Shown here: one piece after another, positions 25,161 to 28,706 of the stretch
How the letters are laid out: every line of letters begins with the position of its first letter
Numbering within the stretch: the stretch's first letter is position 1
IMG/VR virus record: IMGVR_UViG_3300001866_000033
Coordinates: 1-28,706 of that record
Length of the DNA stretch: 28,706 nucleotides
Strand: one strand, 5' to 3'
Origin: a virus
Lineage: Duplodnaviria > Caudoviricetes
Translations under genes and position numbers: made by a program
The notes under the pieces: model-generated
Database searches by the model: none
What the model was told of the DNA's origin: nothing
The model's input: only the letters and a program-made list of their open reading frames with translations

Positions 25161-27740
25161 TTATACGTCAGCAAGTGATGTCCCCACAGCTAATTCAGCA
25201 GGTATAACTCGCTCGACTCCGTGGTAGCGGAAAGGCCGCTCCATCTCGGATTTCAAGATACTTCCTGCACGCTCTACTTCGTCGTCAGGAGCCTCAAGAA
25301 CCAGTTGGTCATGAATTTGCAGCACGAATTTCGCACGCAATCCCTCGGCATGGATTCGTTGATATGTACGAATCATGGCTCGGTTGACAAGACTTGCGCC
25401 AGCTGACTGGATCATGAAGTCCAGAGCTTCTCGGACGATGCTGGCGTCATTGGAGAGGAATTGGCGCATCCGCCCAAATTCTGTCCGAAGAGTTCTGGTT
25501 TTCTGCACTTGTTCGGCAATGCGATCCCGCCACCTTCGATAGGCTTCGTGGTCGTTCATCCAGTTGTCTTTGAGCTGCTTGAACTCGGCAAACGTCAAAT
25601 GCAGCTCTGGAGCCTCGAGACAAACTTTCTCGAAGATAGTCTTATCGCCGCCGCCATAGCTGATCCCACCAAAGAAGAAAATCTTCGCCGCACGGCGAGC
25701 AGGCTTCCACCGAGAGTCTTCTGGAGTAATGTGGAACATCGACTTCGTGTTGAGGTCGTGGAGATTGAGGCCCTTCTCGAAGACCTCGATGAGCTCCCGG
25801 TCGTCAGTTTCGAACGCAAGAAGCTGGGCCTCCAAGTTCACGTAGTCACAGGAAATGAGCTTGCATCCATCGGCAGCAACAAACATCCGACGAATTTCCG
25901 ACTGGAGGTCTGAGTTCTCATCATCCCTCGACTTCACGAGATTCATGAGATTTGGTGCTTTGCAGCTCAATCGACCGGAGACTGTGCCTGTCGGGACCCA
26001 TGATCCATAGATTCTTCCATTACTTTCGGACCGATACTTTGTGTACGTCGAGTAGATTTTTGCCAGAGAAGTGTACTCACTATACACATTGAGCCATTCG
26101 AGAAGTTTCACGACTTCAGCTTCGTCCTTCGGCAGATGATTGTGGAGTTGGATGCGGTATGCCAGCAGACTCTCTTCATCGATGGAGAACTTCCCGGTCT
26201 CGGTTTTTGGCGGAGTCCACCCCTTCAAACTAAATATCGGCTTTACTTCATCACGAATACGCTGGAGTTCAGTAAGCTGGCGATAGACTTTCGTGCCGGG
26301 CTTCTTCTTGGGCAGTTCAGCCAACTTCGAGAATGTCGAAGGCTCGACGCCAAACAGAAACCATCTGATGTGCTCGTCAGACTCGAAGTTGAACGGTTCC
26401 GGCAGACCCCCAAGCTCTCGAAGTTTCTGCCGATGTGCCTGGATTTCAGCTTCCAGCCGGTGTTTCAGGGCCTCCTGACGGGGGGGGTTGAATGCGACGC
26501 CAGTCGAAGACAGCTCAAGCAACGGAGCAATCAGAGGCTGTACTTCTGTCTTGTAGAAATCCACGAGGTCTTTTTGCACAAGTTCTCCCCACATAGTCGG
26601 GAAAATCTGATGGAGTACCACACAGTCTCGGAGGTTGTAGGTCCGCATGGTTTTTTGATCCATCTCGAGAATGGAGGTTTTCCGGTTGATGAATTCACCC
26701 TTCCAATACGGAGTCTTCCCATACACTGAAACAATAGAACCCAGATTATGAGGCAGCTCAGCAGAAATGGTGTGATGGATGAGGAGCGTATCATGCCGTA
26801 CACGGTCGTAAGGAACCGTGAAGTTGTGGGCATTGAGGAATGGTACGTCGAAGAAGCAATTCTGCAACATGAGGTCGCACGTGGAGAACAAGTCATTCAG
26901 GAGGTCCCTTACCACCAGCTCATCGGGATAGGACCAGTAGCGGTTCCCGTGAGATGTGAGTAGTGGGATACTAATTGCATCCTCGGATGAGGTCGCCAGC
27001 CCGATGACCACGATGTCGGCGTAGAATCGGTTGAGTCCGGTGGTTTCAATGTCGATTGCAACCAGCGCATTGGTCGCTTTGGCCCGGTCAACAAAGGTCT
27101 TGACATCGGCAACCGTGGGTTCGAGGATAAATCTCTCCTCGAGTTTGCTGTAGCCATTCTCACTGATTTCCTTGGCTTTCTGAAAGTCGGAGAGCCAGAG
27201 GACTCCATTGTCGGCAGAGCCCCCACCCGAGCGTTTCCAATGTTGGCGCATGATGGCAGAGGGATGGAAGGTCGGGATGACGTTCAGCTTGTGGTGGCTT
27301 AAGGTCTCGTATTCGTAGACAGAACCACGGTTTTTCCCGATGGGTCCCTCGATGCCGAAGGCTCGCATCGCCGTGGCTCCGAGTGCCAAGACAGTCGTAG
27401 CTCCCGCTTTCGCCAGGTCGTCGATTTCGTGGGAAAAGCGGAATCTGCAGGCATTGATGGCTTCCTGCCCTTCCAGGCTTTCGATGTCATTGTCGGGTGG
27501 CCGGCAGCTGATGACATTGAGGATTGAGAGAGCCGGGCGAAAAATCTTGGTCCGGGAGAAAGCCCAATTCAGCAGCCTCCCAGAGGCCCCAACAAACGGT
27601 TGGCCTTGGGTTTCTTCTTCTGCCCCGGGAGCTTCCCCCACCACGATGAGCTTGCAGCCAGGCTTGAGGATGCTGGGGACAAGAGGCTTTTCGGAAAGGG
27701 GACAAAATTTACAGTTGGCGTGTTTTGAGATATGAAGCAT
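25161..27740 (-). CDS. Family A DNA polymerase with N-terminal family-4 uracil-DNA glycosylase domain and 3'-5' exonuclease
   Basis: UDG4: CKFC, VGEAPG.EE...G.PFVG.SG, N...CRPP.N, TFHPS. Exo I DIETTG, Exo II QNCFFD, Exo III YNLRD. Pol: TVSGRLS..PNL.N, motif A DYVNLE, motif B RRAAK...YG, motif C IHDQLV. SD GGAGG. Confidence 0.93.
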   Translation of the reverse strand: MLHISKHANCKFCPLSEKPLVPSILKPGCKLIVVGEAPGAEEETQGQPFVGASGRLLNWAFSRTKIFRPALSILNVISCRPPDNDIESLEGQEAINACRFRFSHEIDDLAKAGATTVLALGATAMRAFGIEGPIGKNRGSVYEYETLSHHKLNVIPTFHPSAIMRQHWKRSGGGSADNGVLWLSDFQKAKEISENGYSKLEERFILEPTVADVKTFVDRAKATNALVAIDIETTGLNRFYADIVVIGLATSSEDAISIPLLTSHGNRYWSYPDELVVRDLLNDLFSTCDLMLQNCFFDVPFLNAHNFTVPYDRVRHDTLLIHHTISAELPHNLGSIVSVYGKTPYWKGEFINRKTSILEMDQKTMRTYNLRDCVVLHQIFPTMWGELVQKDLVDFYKTEVQPLIAPLLELSSTGVAFNPPRQEALKHRLEAEIQAHRQKLRELGGLPEPFNFESDEHIRWFLFGVEPSTFSKLAELPKKKPGTKVYRQLTELQRIRDEVKPIFSLKGWTPPKTETGKFSIDEESLLAYRIQLHNHLPKDEAEVVKLLEWLNVYSEYTSLAKIYSTYTKYRSESNGRIYGSWVPTGTVSGRLSCKAPNLMNLVKSRDDENSDLQSEIRRMFVAADGCKLISCDYVNLEAQLLAFETDDRELIEVFEKGLNLHDLNTKSMFHITPEDSRWKPARRAAKIFFFGGISYGGGDKTIFEKVCLEAPELHLTFAEFKQLKDNWMNDHEAYRRWRDRIAEQVQKTRTLRTEFGRMRQFLSNDASIVREALDFMIQSAGASLVNRAMIRTYQRIHAEGLRAKFVLQIHDQLVLEAPDDEVERAGSILKSEMERPFRYHGVERVIPAELAVGTSLADV
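26475..26488 (+). repeat. CTGAC-G8-T motif copy 10
   Basis: Antisense within the DNA polymerase gene (NPPRQ). Confidence 0.95.
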
Positions 27741-27758
27741 TTTTTCCTCCCTTGGGTC

Positions 27759-28286
27759 TTACAGTATTCGCCAGACGTTTCGCGCTTCAACGAGAAACTT
27801 GGTTGAAATGGCGACACTGTAGCCTTTGGAGAGGAACAGTTGAGTCGATTCAGGATTCGGAACTTGAGGCTCGTCGGGCACTTCTTCCGAGGCTTCGGGA
27901 GTATACCAGATTTCGTTGACCGCAACGGGGATGAAGTTCTTCTTCGTCTGCAGAATAATCCAGTTGACATCGTGAAGCCACGGGAGGCTCAATGAGTCGT
28001 CGGAAATTTGGGCAATGACCCAAAATTTCCACGATTGAAAAGCCTTCACGGCCACCGAGTACATCGGGTCTTGCGGATTAAAGATGCCGGAGAATACCAC
28101 GAACTTCCGCCGTGGCAGTTTTACTTTTGTCAGCGGTTCAAGAATCTCGGCCATGAGCTCGGCCGAGCCGAGCGGGTGGCCGGAGAACGTCAGGTGAAGG
28201 CCGTAGAATCCATTGAGTGAGCCTTCATGGAAAATTTCGGTCTCTGCCGACGAAATCCATAGATTTTTGGGGATGTCTATTTTCAC
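27759..28286 (-). CDS. Hypothetical protein resembling a degenerate QueE (radical-SAM fold without the Fe-S motif)
   Basis: Order of segments parallels QueE: IFHEG..G...L.FSG, AEIL, FVVFSG, VNWIILQTK, AVNEIWY, WRIL. The protein has no cysteine. SD GAGGAGG; ATG overlaps the upstream stop. Confidence 0.5.
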   Translation of the reverse strand: MKIDIPKNLWISSAETEIFHEGSLNGFYGLHLTFSGHPLGSAELMAEILEPLTKVKLPRRKFVVFSGIFNPQDPMYSVAVKAFQSWKFWVIAQISDDSLSLPWLHDVNWIILQTKKNFIPVAVNEIWYTPEASEEVPDEPQVPNPESTQLFLSKGYSVAISTKFLVEARNVWRIL

Positions 28287-28501
28287 AGATTTTCCTCCTC
28301 TTTTTCAAAGCCGATGGGTATGTATTTCTTGTTTGTAACGCCGAACTCGAAGCGATTGAGGTACAATTCCTTGTAAGACCCATTCTCCGAGATTGAGACC
28401 CGGTAGAGTACTGAGCCATCTGAAATTAGAATTCCCGTGACAATCCCTCGATTCCCGGAGAGTTTGAGGATAACGGGAATTCCCACTGCAAACACTTTCA
28501 A
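28283..28501 (-). CDS. Small hypothetical protein (start uncertain)
   Basis: 72 aa beta-rich ORF (GIVTGILI...YRVS...IPIGF); stop overlaps the next ATG. The frame stays open upstream to 28549, so the true start may be further 5'. Confidence 0.65.
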   Translation of the reverse strand: MKVFAVGIPVILKLSGNRGIVTGILISDGSVLYRVSISENGSYKELYLNRFEFGVTNKKYIPIGFEKEEENL

Positions 28502-28540
28502 TACTTCAGATTTATTCTTGTTAATAATCGCCTCCTCCCC

Positions 28541-28553
28541 ACCCCCCCGTCAG
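28541..28553 (-). repeat. CTGAC-G7-T motif copy 11
   Basis: ACCCCCCCGTCAG on the + strand; between the called genes, next to a strong SD (GAGGAGG, 28531-28537 on -). Confidence 0.95.
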
Positions 28554-28585
28554 AGGGCCAAGGGTTGCCCTCGAGCCATTCGACA

Positions 28586-28705
28586 TCAGGACTTTTTGGC
28601 GGCCTTGCGGCTGCCGTGGTAGTTCTTCTGGCCGGGCGCAGCTTGGGCTTTGCGAGCCAGCTCACCGATGACTCCGCCGGGTACTCCCTGATCCTTAAGC
28701 TGGGC
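28586..28705 (-). CDS. C-terminal end of a small basic protein (5' truncated by the window)
   Basis: Open frame from the window edge: AQLKDQGVPGGVIGELARKAQAAPGQKNYHGSRKAAKKS*, stop TGA at 28588-28586. Confidence 0.6.
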   Translation of the reverse strand, partial: AQLKDQGVPGGVIGELARKAQAAPGQKNYHGSRKAAKKS

Positions 28706-28706
28706 A

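Noticed and set aside
1755-26488. Phase variation as the general purpose of the G7/G8 tracts
   Set aside because: Most copies lie in essential genes (portal, nozzle, polymerase) that are in frame, and slippage would not need a conserved CTGAC flank. Kept as a possibility only for the 28541 copy.
61-28553. CTGAC-G7 copies as a CRISPR array, IS ends or sequencing poly-G artefact
   Set aside because: Spacing is irregular (51 bp to over 6 kb), there are no cas or transposase genes, copies occur on both strands with fixed 5' and 3' flanks, and all long reading frames pass through them intact.
1-28706. tRNA, rRNA, integrase, RNA polymerase or intrinsic terminators
   Set aside because: None recognised. 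Intergenic gaps are nearly all under 25 nt, leaving no room for stand-alone RNA genes.

Overview
This window is a contiguous ~28.7 kb segment of a tailed, podovirus-type dsDNA phage or prophage genome. The + strand (1-23141) carries the virion and lysis arm in this order: end of a probable small terminase, large terminase, portal, an overlapping small gene, scaffold, capsid accessory genes, HK97-fold major capsid (Mu gpT-like), head-tail adaptor, tail fibre and chaperone, a non-canonical lysis cassette, tail nozzle and three large ejection-type proteins. The - strand (23116-28706) carries a convergent replication arm: an HTH protein, a DUF3987-like P-loop protein, a family-4 uracil-DNA glycosylase fused to a family A DNA polymerase, an apparently cluster-less QueE-like protein and small ORFs. 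The strongest unexplained signal is a dispersed asymmetric DNA motif, CTGAC-G7/8-T. It has 11 exact copies and 1 single-mismatch copy, on both strands and in several reading frames of unrelated genes, which points to a genome-wide DNA-level site system. Other notable points are two dual-coded regions, non-canonical polymerase active-site residues, a papain-like candidate endolysin, and periodic repeats in the ejection proteins. All product calls come from visual motif recognition and gene order; no database searches were run.
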